Source: Histomonas meleagridis 2922-C6/04-290x (Eukaryota > Protista > Parabasalia). Taken from it: DNA of 64,000 bases. The translations under genes and the position numbers were made by a program. Below the pieces are notes generated by a model that ran no database searches, was not told where the DNA came from, and was given only the letters and a program-made list of their open reading frames with translations. Where the stretch lies: contig JAANOX010000074.1 of the NCBI GenBank assembly GCA_020184695.1, positions 6,417-70,416 on the forward strand, written 5' to 3'. Within the stretch, counting starts at the first letter, position 1, and every line of letters begins with the position of its first letter. Positions 41,600-53,000 of this stretch are shown here, one piece after another.

Positions 41600-42523
41600 A
41601 TGAACTCAAGGCAAAAGACATGTAATATTGCAGTTATTCAGGCATCTCCTGTTTTGTTTAATAAAAAGGCATCCACCGAAAAGGCTCTTTCCTTAATTAA
41701 AGAATGTATCGAGAAAAAATCTGAATTAATTGTTTTCCCAGAGCTTTTCATTCCAGGTTATCCATATGGAATGAATTTTGGTTTTACTGTTGGAAGTAGA
41801 AATGAAGCAGGAAGAAAAGATTGGTTTCTTTACTATGAAAATTCAATTGATATCCCAGGTCCAGAGACAGATCTTTTAGGAAAAGCAGCAAAAGAAGCTA
41901 ATGCATGGCTTAGCATAGGCGTTTCTGAAAGAGATCCTATTACTTCAACATTATACAATTCTAACATTTTCTTTTCACCAGATGGAAATATTGTAGCAGT
42001 TCATCGAAAACTTAAACCAACTGGCTCTGAGCGTGTTGTTTGGGGTGATGCCAATAAAAATTATTTTCCTATTGCACAAACTCCATGGGGACCAATGGGT
42101 AGTATGATTTGTTGGGAAAGCTACATGCCTCTTGCACGTGCAGCTCTGTATCAAAAAGGAATTACATTATACATTTCACCAAATACAAATGATAATGAAG
42201 AATGGCAATATACCATCAAGCATATTGCAATTGAAGGTCATTGCTATTTCATAAATTGTGATATGTTTTTCACGAAAGAGGCATATCCTTCAAATATTCG
42301 TGAAAGTGATGAAATTAAAAAATTGCCCGAAATTGTATGTCGTGGTGGAAGTTGCATCGTTGACCCTTATGGACATTATTTAACTGAACCTGTTTGGGAT
42401 AAAGAAGAAATTATTTTTGCTCAACTCGACATGGATAAAGTGACTGCAAGTAGAATGGAATTTGATGTTTGTGGACATTATTCAAGACCTGATGTTTTAC
42501 AGCTAAATGTAAAAGATATTTAA
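41600..42523 (+). CDS. Nitrilase (carbon-nitrogen hydrolase family)
   Basis: Catalytic E-K-C triad in FPELF, HRKLKPT and ICWE; C-terminal FDVCGHYSRPDV; M3-like AACCGTTT at 41570-41577. Confidence 0.93.
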   Translation: MNSRQKTCNIAVIQASPVLFNKKASTEKALSLIKECIEKKSELIVFPELFIPGYPYGMNFGFTVGSRNEAGRKDWFLYYENSIDIPGPETDLLGKAAKEANAWLSIGVSERDPITSTLYNSNIFFSPDGNIVAVHRKLKPTGSERVVWGDANKNYFPIAQTPWGPMGSMICWESYMPLARAALYQKGITLYISPNTNDNEEWQYTIKHIAIEGHCYFINCDMFFTKEAYPSNIRESDEIKKLPEIVCRGGSCIVDPYGHYLTEPVWDKEEIIFAQLDMDKVTASRMEFDVCGHYSRPDVLQLNVKDI

Positions 42524-43057
42524 AAAATAAATAGTTCTTGAAATTTTCTCTTTTTATTTTTTAAAATTCTTTTACTTTAAACTGGTTGTAAATATTTGCT
42601 TCTCTTTATTTTGTATAAATTCACAAATGCTTAGCATATTACCATGTTATAAATTTTTTGATCTTTACAAAATTTTTTAATTTTGGAATAAATTCATACA
42701 CAAATTTATAGTTATGAACAAATACTAATTATTTCATGTAAATGAATTATTAATAAAAACCGAGTTCAATATTAATTGCTTAAATTATTCAACTAAAAAA
42801 AGAATGTTTCTGAATTTTCCGAATATAAAACATATAAACATTACAAAAAACAGATCGTTGACAATTGTCATTCCATTTGAACAATGGTTAAAAATTTTTA
42901 TCAAGTTAAGTCAAATTTTATCTACAGCAAACTTTTTCACATAAAAATTCTGTATTGTAAATACCAGCGGTTTTTATTGTCAGAAAGATTTAAATTTCAG
43001 TGCTTAATTTTTGCTATTTTGTATTAAACTGCTGTCAAATGTCATCTCAAATAGACA

Positions 43058-45442
43058 ATGTTTTTACCAACAATATGCCTCTTTAATATCATTGGTTATT
43101 GTCAACAACGCCCACGAATTTATGAATTCAGTGATAGCGCTATCATGAGCATATTAGATAAAATGCACAAGCATGATTATGATGAAATTGAATACAGATC
43201 AGAAGTTAGGTATTTATCAAATGAAGACGATGAAAATGACGAGAATGGAGAAGAATATGTATACGAATATGAGTTGGACGAAAATGGTGATTTTGTTTAT
43301 GAATATATTTATGAATATGTTGAAGATCCAATGTCTAATGGCTTTTTCAAGAAAATCAAAAAAGCAGTAAAGAAGGTCGTCAAGAAGGTCACTAAGCCAG
43401 TTACAAAGGTTGTCAAAAAAGCCACAAAGACTGTAGCTAAAACAGTAAAGAGTACTATCAAGACGGTCAAAGACACAGTTAAAGCCACCATCAAAGCTAC
43501 CACCTCTGCTGTCAAGATTGCCACCAAGATCACGAAAGCAACTGTCAAAATTGCAACCAATCCAGGCAAGATCGGAAAGATCATCAAAGATCTTGGAAAG
43601 GGAGTCACCAGAGATCTCAAAGCTGCCGCCAAAGCATACAAACCAGTTGTCAGAGACATTAAGAAGGAAGTTAAGCGTGCATTTAAGGCCATTAAATCCG
43701 TTGCTCCATATGTTGGCTTTGTCACATGTTGGGTGCCCGTTGTTGGTCAGATTGGTCTCGCAGCCTCAATTGCCACTACCATGTCCACAGCATATAAAGC
43801 GTATGCATTATATCAAGCTGGCATGTCAGTTTACCAAGGAATCAAACAGAAAGATTTCGTATCAGCACTCGGAGGTATTGCCGCAGCAGTTGGCGGTAAC
43901 ATTGGCGGAGCTATTGGAACAGTTGCACAAAAGGCTGCCGAAGCACAACAATTATACAAGCAAGGAGAATTGATCTATAAGGGAATTAAGAAAGGAGATT
44001 ACAGTAAGATCATTGCTGGTGTTACATCTCTTGTCTCTAAAGATGTTGCCAAACAATTAATATCGAAGAGTGAATTACTTCAACAAGGTTTAGAATATTA
44101 TCAACGTGGTTATAACTTGTATAAGAAAGGTAAACAAGTCACAGAAGCAATTAAAACAGGACATTTCGGTAAAGCTATTGATGGCCTTGCAGAGTTAGGC
44201 TTAGACATTCGTAAGAATTCATTATATACAAAGGCAGAACAATTATTTGATAAGGCTTCTAACTTATATTATCAAGGCGAGACATTATATAAACAAGGTA
44301 AAGAGAAACTTGACTTAGGTAAAGCTGCATACGAAGCAATTAGATATGGAAAGATTAATGAAGGAGTAACACTTCTTAAACAAGCAGGCGTAGATGTAAC
44401 GAAGAATCAAAAGGTTAGCCAATGTTTGACATATTATAATGATGTTAAGAACAAATATGCATATGCTAAAACAGCTTATAACTATGCGAAGAAAGGAAAT
44501 GTTCAACAAACTGTTACATATTTACAAAAGGCCGGAATTAATGTGACGTCAAGTAAAGCAGTACAAAAAGGACTTACATATTATAAAGAAATCGAAACTA
44601 AAGTTAACACAGGTAAAACAGCATATGAATATGCAAAGAAAGGAAAAGTTGATGAAGCAGCAGCACAACTTAAGAAGATTGGAATTGATATTACAAAGAA
44701 TCAAGCATTACAGAATGCGCTTGACTTATATAAGAAAGGCGAAACATTATATAAACAAGGCGATGCATTATACAAACAAGGAAAGACTATCATTCAACAA
44801 GGTAAGACATCATTTGAATCATTACGTAAAGGTCAAGTTACACAAGTACTTAATGATCTCGCAGGACTTGGAATTGATTTACGTAAGTACGACGCAGTGA
44901 AACAAGGAGAAACAATTGTTAAAGAAGTCGAAAGATTACGTAAGACATTACCTAAGGAAGTACAAACAGCAGCAGAGATACAACTCGGTAAACTCGTTCT
45001 CTTAGGCCTCAACACGACAATATACGCCGAAATCGACGAAGCTATGAACAAGGCTAAGAGCGCTTCGTTAACAGTCTACAGAAGCATTAGCAATGGATTC
45101 AGTTACTACAAAGATGGATCAGGTAGAGTCGGCACACTCGCGTCGTTGGCGGAGTCCAGATTCCAGGAAATTATCGATTTGGAGGGCTCAAGCGAGTACT
45201 GCAGAGATTTGGATTTGGTCACAAAGATATTCACAGGAAGTACTGTCGGAGAACAAATAGCACAGAAAGTAACAGAGGGATATTTGAAGCTTGAAAACGC
45301 ACAAGCGAAAGCTGACGCACAGATAGAGAAAGTGGCACAGGAAGTACAGGGTAAGGCAACGAAATTGGTGACATCCATTGAGGAATTACAGGAAATCATT
45401 AAGAAGGCAGGCGCTGACGCGAAGAAGAAGACAACAAAGTGA
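43058..45442 (+). CDS. Putative secreted protein with acidic pro-like region, cationic amphipathic helix, Gly-rich hydrophobic segments and helical repeats
   Basis: 794-aa ORF; hydrophobic N-terminus; D/E/Y-rich stretch; GFFKKIKKAVKKVVKKV; about 5 repeats of GK..EA...L.K.GID.TKN. Confidence 0.8.
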   Translation: MFLPTICLFNIIGYCQQRPRIYEFSDSAIMSILDKMHKHDYDEIEYRSEVRYLSNEDDENDENGEEYVYEYELDENGDFVYEYIYEYVEDPMSNGFFKKIKKAVKKVVKKVTKPVTKVVKKATKTVAKTVKSTIKTVKDTVKATIKATTSAVKIATKITKATVKIATNPGKIGKIIKDLGKGVTRDLKAAAKAYKPVVRDIKKEVKRAFKAIKSVAPYVGFVTCWVPVVGQIGLAASIATTMSTAYKAYALYQAGMSVYQGIKQKDFVSALGGIAAAVGGNIGGAIGTVAQKAAEAQQLYKQGELIYKGIKKGDYSKIIAGVTSLVSKDVAKQLISKSELLQQGLEYYQRGYNLYKKGKQVTEAIKTGHFGKAIDGLAELGLDIRKNSLYTKAEQLFDKASNLYYQGETLYKQGKEKLDLGKAAYEAIRYGKINEGVTLLKQAGVDVTKNQKVSQCLTYYNDVKNKYAYAKTAYNYAKKGNVQQTVTYLQKAGINVTSSKAVQKGLTYYKEIETKVNTGKTAYEYAKKGKVDEAAAQLKKIGIDITKNQALQNALDLYKKGETLYKQGDALYKQGKTIIQQGKTSFESLRKGQVTQVLNDLAGLGIDLRKYDAVKQGETIVKEVERLRKTLPKEVQTAAEIQLGKLVLLGLNTTIYAEIDEAMNKAKSASLTVYRSISNGFSYYKDGSGRVGTLASLAESRFQEIIDLEGSSEYCRDLDLVTKIFTGSTVGEQIAQKVTEGYLKLENAQAKADAQIEKVAQEVQGKATKLVTSIEELQEIIKKAGADAKKKTTK

Positions 45443-45899
45443 TTACTGAATAAAGAAGTTCAGTTTTTTTTAACGTGTTTTCACATCATTTTGGTAACGA
45501 AATACGCATCGACAATGCTGACGAAGTGAAATTCGGTGTGTTGATGTAAAATGTTACGTGGCTTCAATATATTATGGCGTGAATGGAATATTCACTTGTG
45601 ATGATTTACAAAGCCAACAGATATAAATAATATTTCATTATGTTAATTCCAAGAGTAGACGTACAAAAATTAAAATGTCCAATCAAAATCTTATAAAGGT
45701 TTATAAGTAATTTTGTGGTTCAGCCTATAAGTCATAGAATGTACTTGTTCTTGAAGAGATTTTGTAAACAATTTATAATCACTTTGGTTGTATAAATATA
45801 TTTCTGATAATAAAATATCTTTTCACAATAAAAAGACTTAAAAATCACTTAGAAGATAAATAATAACAAACATACAATTCATTAAATTAATAATAGAAA

Positions 45900-48800
45900 T
45901 TATTTAGCATAGAAAAATCGTGGCTTGTTATTAGCGCGTGGTTTCCACCTATATGAGGAAAACTCTTTTCGTAATTGTTGTTCATCATATTCAATACCCT
46001 CTATCTCCTTAAGAAATTGAACAGCATTTTTCCTATTATTTCCTGCTGCAAGTAAAATTGCTGTTTTGAATAATTATAACATGTTCCGAAAATAATTAAA
46101 AAACGTTAAAATACAATAACAAAAATTAAAATAAATTTGTAAATATTTTTAGCATTTTTGTCAATTCCTTCTTGTTCAAGAAGTAATTGTACAATTTCCA
46201 AGTATCCTTTTTTAGATGCAATCATAAGTGCTGTTTCACATAAAAGAAATTATTTCCTAATAATAACATGAAATTTTATAATATTAAAACGAATATTAAA
46301 TTTATTAAATAAATATCAGTAGCATTGATATCTATTCCTTCTTGTTCAAGAAGTATTTTAACTGTATTCTTCTTGAAATATTTAGATGCAAACATAAGTG
46401 CTGTTTTACATAAAAGAAATTATTTCCAAATATTATTATGTAATTTTATAATTTTTGTTGAAAAATTATATTTGTTGAATAAATATTTTTGGCATTAACA
46501 TCAATTCTTTTTTGATCGAGAAGAAATTCAAGTATATCTGTATTCCAGATACTAGATGCATACATAAGTGCTGTATCAAATAACTTATATAGTTTCCAAT
46601 GATTATTTTGAAATATTAAACAATTGATATAAATATAAATTGATTTGATTAAATATTTTTGTATGTTATATCAATTCCTTTTAGTCCAAGAATTAAACTA
46701 AAAGTATCAAAGTTACCACTTGAAGCTGCTAGAAATGCTGTTTCGAATATATTTAATAAATTCCAAAAATTATTTTGGAAAATTAAAATAATAAAATAAA
46801 AATTAAACATATTAAACAATTATTTTTTGCATAAATATCAATGTTTTTTTGTTCAAGAAGTAATTTAACTAATTCTGGCTTACAATATCTTGAAGCATAC
46901 ATAAATGCTGTATTATAAAATGAAGATGATTTCCAATTATTATTATTGAGTATCAAATAATAGAAAAAAACATTTAATATTTTAAATAAACATCAGTTGA
47001 ATTAATGTCAATTTCTTCCCTTTCAAGAAGTAATTCAACAATTTTTATTTTATTGAATCTACAAGCTTTCATAAGTGCTGTCATAAGTATTATGGATAAT
47101 TTCCATAAAATATTTTGAAATTTCAAATAATTAATTAAGAATTTAAATAAAAGGAATAAATATTGGTGGAAGTTATGTCGATTTCTTTTTGATCAAGAAG
47201 AATTTTAACGATTCCTGTGCAACCTTTTATAGATAGAGCTTTCATTAATATTGTATCAAATATTTTAAACAACTTCCAAATATTATTTTGAAATATTAAA
47301 TTATTAAAATAAATTTTAATCAAAACGAAAAAATATCTTTTGTATTCAAATCAATTCCTTTTTGTTTAGTAAGTACTTTAACTACTTCTTTACGTTTTTC
47401 TTTGACAGCATTCATAAGTGCTGTATCAAATAATTCCAAAAATTTCCAAATATTATTTTGAAATATTAAAAAATTAAAATATATATGAATTAAAACAAAT
47501 AAATATCTTTAGCATTGATATTAATTCCTTCTTGCTCAAGAAGTAATTTTACCATATCAACGTGACCATAACTTGATGCAACAATAAGTGCTGTATCAAA
47601 TAATTTGAAAAATTGTCAAATTTTATATTGGAAAATTAAATCATTAAAGAATATTTCATTTAATGTTTATAAATATCTTTTAAATTTACATCAAAATTCA
47701 TTTTATCAATAAGAAATTTAGCTACATAAATTTGACCTGCTTGAGCAGCTCTTATAAGCGCTTTATAATAATATTTATATAAATTTTAAATTTTATTATA
47801 AAACTCCAAATTATTAAAATAAAATAAACGAAAAACTTCATAATGAATTCAAAATTTCCACCCATATTATCTTGATAATCGATAAGTAATTTTACAAGTT
47901 CAACGTTTCCATTTTGTATTGCACAATCAAGTTCATTATCAAAAGTTAACTAGAAATCATTTCAATGCAAAAAAAGGAATCCCATTTCCTATTCGGATTC
48001 CTTTAATTCCAAGGAGCATTTTAACAATTTCAATATTCCCATTTTCACATGCACTATTTAACTCTGTACTAAACACTAAAAATTAATTCCGAAAATATAA
48101 ATGAAACCGGATTTGTTTTGAAAAAAAATCAAAAATAAAAAACAAACTTCAAAAAAATTAAATTTAACAATAAAAAATTAAAAATAACATCTACAGCATA
48201 AATATAAATATTTTTTTGTTGAAGAAGTAATTTAACAATTTCAGAATGATTATAATAACATGCTGTTTGAAGTGCTGTCAAAAAAAATCAACAAAAATTC
48301 CAAATATTATTTTAAGACAATAATAACCTTCATTAGTTTTAAATAATAGTTATAAACTGAGGGCAAATTTACATCAATATTATCTTGTTCAAGAAGATAT
48401 TTAACAATTCCAGTACAACCATTTTTAGATGCATAAGTTAATGGCGTATATTTCAATTGTTGTGATGGTAAATATAAATAAAATTAATATCAAAATTATT
48501 GTTAATAGAGTTAATACCTTTTTCTTCTATAAGATATTTAACAAGTTCAACATTTCCTGAACCTGATGCAAGCACCAAAATATTTTTTGGAACATTATTT
48601 TCATTAAGATAACTTTTGATCAAATATAAATTACCATAAATAGCTGCTTCAGTAATTATATCAGTACTAATTTCAATTTTATCAAGTAAAGATGAAAACA
48701 TTTGATAATTATTATATTTAATACATTTCTTTCCTAATTCATTCATTTGTGATTTTTCATCTAATTTTTCTAATTTATTTTCGTAAATATATTTAAAAAT

Positions 48801-49709
48801 TTCATTTCTATGAAATTCAATTGCTATTTCATATGCATTATCAAATGATGAATGATTTTGTTCACATAAATGAATGATTTCAAGATTTCCACCTGCAACT
48901 GCATATTTACCTGTATTACTTACTTTTGCTCCATTCATAAGTAAATATTTAAAACATTTAACAGATCCAAAAAATGCTGCATAATCAATTAATGTAACAC
49001 TATATTTATTAATAATTGAAAATCTTTCATAAAGTGATGATTCAATTATTTGATTAAAATCAAAATTTGTTTGTGATGACATTTCTTGAAGTTTTTCGAT
49101 TTCATCATTTCGAATTATTTTTAATATTTCAAGATTTCCTCCTTCTTTGATATATTTTTTATGTAATTTCCAATTATCTTTACTTAATTCATCAATATGA
49201 TAATAAAAATTATGAAAAAAATCACTTTCTCTTGGATTTTGAAAAGATTCTGCAATAATTGGTTCTTTGAATTTGATTCCATAAATTTCTTCATCTGTAA
49301 ATCGATGTGCAAAATACAGTTTTTCATCGAAAAGGATATTATTAGTAATTTTTATGTCAGTTAGATTATGTTCCATTAACTTTTCCATAATATAAAATGA
49401 TTCTTTAGTTTCAAATGTTTTAATATGATTTATAAATATTTCGATTAAACCAGTGATATTTGAATTAATTTCTTTTTGTTTTATATCAAGTGATTCGATG
49501 AATTTAATATATATTTCAAAATCTTTCCTACTTGAAATAAATGAATGATAAATCATTTGACAAGTAATCAAATTAAATGTGATCGGAAATTTTAAATCAA
49601 ATAAAGTCATTATTGATCCAACAGATACTTCAATATTATCTTCAGCCAAGCCTGAAATAATTTGATCCATATTGCATAATATTTTTAAGGATTCTGTTGA
49701 TTTGGCCAT
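45900..49709 (-). CDS. DUF3447-ankyrin gene, locus C: head ORF 49709-48453 plus ~15 ankyrin segments separated by non-canonical spacers
   Basis: The head is paralogous to that of locus B. Downstream stop-free ankyrin segments (e.g. TALIVASSYGHVDMVKLLLEQEGININAKD) end in a unique tail ...EFSSYRWKPRANNKPRFFYAK* with TAA at 45902-45900. A single spliced CDS is inferred. Confidence 0.75.
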
Positions 49710-50000
49710 TATAAAAAATGAATATATAAAGCATTGAAAATTCAAATATCAAACGTTTTATTCAAAATTGTGTTAAGTCAGGAGGTTTTTTACGTTCAAA
49801 CTGTGAAATATTTCCTCATTAAAAATACATATATGTATGGTAAATTTACCATTTAAGGTTTAGAGTGATTTGTTTTTTGTTTGATTGATATATTTCTTAA
49901 AATTTGATAAACATTTGAAATCAACTCAAACAAATTTAATGATTTTGGTTATCACAACCACAATTAAAATACAAAAATTACAATTTATTAATTTTCGAAG

Positions 50001-53000
50001 TTATTCAGTCATTGCAATGCTACCAGCTAAAGCTCTTAAGAATGACTCCAGCCCTAAACAAACATATTCAAACAATGACGCTGGGATTATGTGTGCGTCA
50101 GATATTCCAAATAGATTGAGTAACCAAGATATATCAGGAGAGAAAGATGCACCAATTCCTACTTTGAATCCAGGGTTGAACTGGTATTGCACTGGGATGA
50201 ATGTGTAAGCAACCTTTGGCTTTTCATCTTCTTCTATTTTTTGATTTCCTGTTTCACCATTTCCTATTTTAACTTGACCAACAGCAAATTTAATTGCTGT
50301 TACAAGCTGTTCATAATCCGACAAGTTTAGGCTTGGGTCAATTAATCCATCGAACGTTGTTATAAAATTATATTGAATTTGAGTATCTTCATGAGATTTT
50401 TGGGTAGTATCAAGTTCACCTTTAATTAGAGGCAACTTTAGAATACTTCTTAATTGTTGAGCACCAGCTTTATCGACCACCATTTTTGCCAAGTTAATTG
50501 GCTTTAAAGATAATTGAAGTTTTCTAAACATTTGTCCTTCAGGTGTTTGAGCCAATCCAAGGTTAAGGAATATACCTAAAGCAGATAATCTAAAAGCGTT
50601 ATTTTCTTTTAAGTCGTATTTATACAACTCGAAGTTAACGTTACTCAAAATCACCGATAGCTTTGAATTCATCGGTTGTTGTTGTTTTTTCTTTTCAATT
50701 TTGATGATTAACGGCTCCTCCTCAGAATTCCTACGGTTACCCCTTTCAATGCTTGTCAAAATTGGGTCAGAAATTGTTTTGTAGAATGAAATCATTGTCG
50801 GAATTGTTACTCCAGTTAACTTAATAGAAGGGCTTTCAAGTGATAAAAGTAAAACTCCTTGAGATTCTGAGTTAATACTTATAGTTCTGTAAAACAAATG
50901 AGTTCTTTTCATAGAGAACAATAAATTTGGTGCATTATTCGAACTCATTTGTAATGAAACAGATTGGAAATTCAAGTAATTTATCATATTTAATGGTTGT
51001 ACAGTTCGAACAAATATTAAATTAGCAAGATCGAAATCAAACATTAATTGACCCATTGAAGCTATAGTTGTAGACTTAATGGAAACAATGAATTGGTTTA
51101 ATGATTTCTCGACTTGTATAGGAGTAACATCAAGTTTAAGAAATCCGACGCCAGCTGCGTAATTAAACAACAAATTAAATTGACCAATTTTCAAATCGAT
51201 TTTAATTTTATTATTTTCATTATTTTCATTATTTTGATTTAAATTAATTTTATTTTTGATGATTTCATTGTTGTTATTATTTGTTGTGGATTTAAATAAA
51301 TAAAGTAATGGTTGGACCCATATATCATTAAATAATGAAATCTCTTCAACTTTATCACTTGAAAATGACGTACTAATTCGATCAATGTTAACAACGATTA
51401 AAGAAGGTGATAAAAATGCATTTGTGATTGGGATATTAAATTCAAACAATTTGGAATTTCGTGAATTTTCTGTTTGTAATGCAAATTGATTTTGCGTTTG
51501 TAAGAAGATATTATTAATTTGGATATTAAATGAAGATTGAACAGATGACATTAAACCATTTAAACTCTTTAGTCCTAAAACTAATGATATATCTTTACGA
51601 CGAGGTTGACAACCAAAATGTATTTCTATATCTTTAGTTGTCACAATAAGATCAAATGTTAAATTAATTTGTTTTGCATTATTATTATTATTAGTTACAT
51701 TATTATTGTTATTAAGATTAGATGGAATTAAATTGGTTAAATTGTCCATGTTTTTAAGGAAATTATTTAACCAATTTAATAATGATGGTGAAAAACTTGC
51801 TTTAATTAATTCAGGTATAATTAATATTAATGATAAATGTTTCTTAGCTAATAATAATTCAACACTAAACAAAGGAATTTTTAAGTTATTCGAAATTGGT
51901 AATAATATAATATCAATGTTTTTACATTTAAATGTTCCACTTATTTCTATTCCAACGTTTTCATAATTAATTTGATTTGTTTCATTAGTAAATCTTTTGA
52001 TTTGATTTTCTTGTTTTCTTTCTGGTATTAACGATTTAATATTATTTAATAAAGATAATATATGTGAAAATGCTATAGGTAAAGTTGAAAACAAATTTAC
52101 TTCAATTCCATCAACAATTGTATTAATATTAACTTGATTTAAATATGAAATACCTGAAATACAAATATAATTACATTTAACTTTTGAGACATCATTAATA
52201 TTTTTCTTTTTGTTTTGATATTTAATACTTTTACTTTCTTTTCGATCAAATATTAATAAGAAATCTTTTAATTTAAATGTAAAACCAGCAGAAATTTCTT
52301 TTTCTTTTTCTGTTTTCTTAGTTTGAATATAAAATAATATTTGTGGAATTTCGGAATAAAATTCGCCATTTGGTAATTCGATATTTAATTGTAAATTTAA
52401 TATCTCGAAAAAGAATTGATTTGATATTACATTTGTTTTTTGATTTTCTTCTTTTTTAGCTGTTTGCATGTTTTTAATTATTTCATCTGCTTTATTTTCT
52501 ACAGTCGTTTGTACTATTTCTATTACTTCTTGTACTTTACTATATACATATTCTTGTTCATTAAATCTCGTTCGCATTACATCTACAAATTGTAAGAAAT
52601 TAGGAATCGAATTAATTAATGATTTTGTTATTAAGATTTTAATTGGATCTAATTTAAACACTAATGTATTTTTCATGGATATTATAGAAACTGATGTTTG
52701 AATTTTTGATTCATATGAACTTAATATAATTTTATTAAAGTTAATACTAAAATCAATTCCATCATTTTGATTAGACATTTGCCAATTGATTTGCGTCATG
52801 TTTAAACCAGAATTAATTTCTGAGATATTAAAACTAAACTCTGGAATTTGGAATAATAATTCGAATTCGAATTTCTTCTTTTTAGAATTTTTATTTTGAA
52901 TAACAATTTCATTCTCTTCATTAATTTGTTCTTCTTCATTAATTATATCATCTTTTGTATCTTTTTGTAACTCTTCAATATAAGAAAAGATATTATTTAA

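Noticed and set aside
47135-47323. Short ORFs such as MIKIYFNNLIFQNNIWKLFKIFDTILMKA and 25852-26046 as independent mini-genes
   Set aside because: They are single ankyrin segments plus flanking spacer; most units have no upstream in-frame ATG, so a one-peptide-per-unit model is not general.
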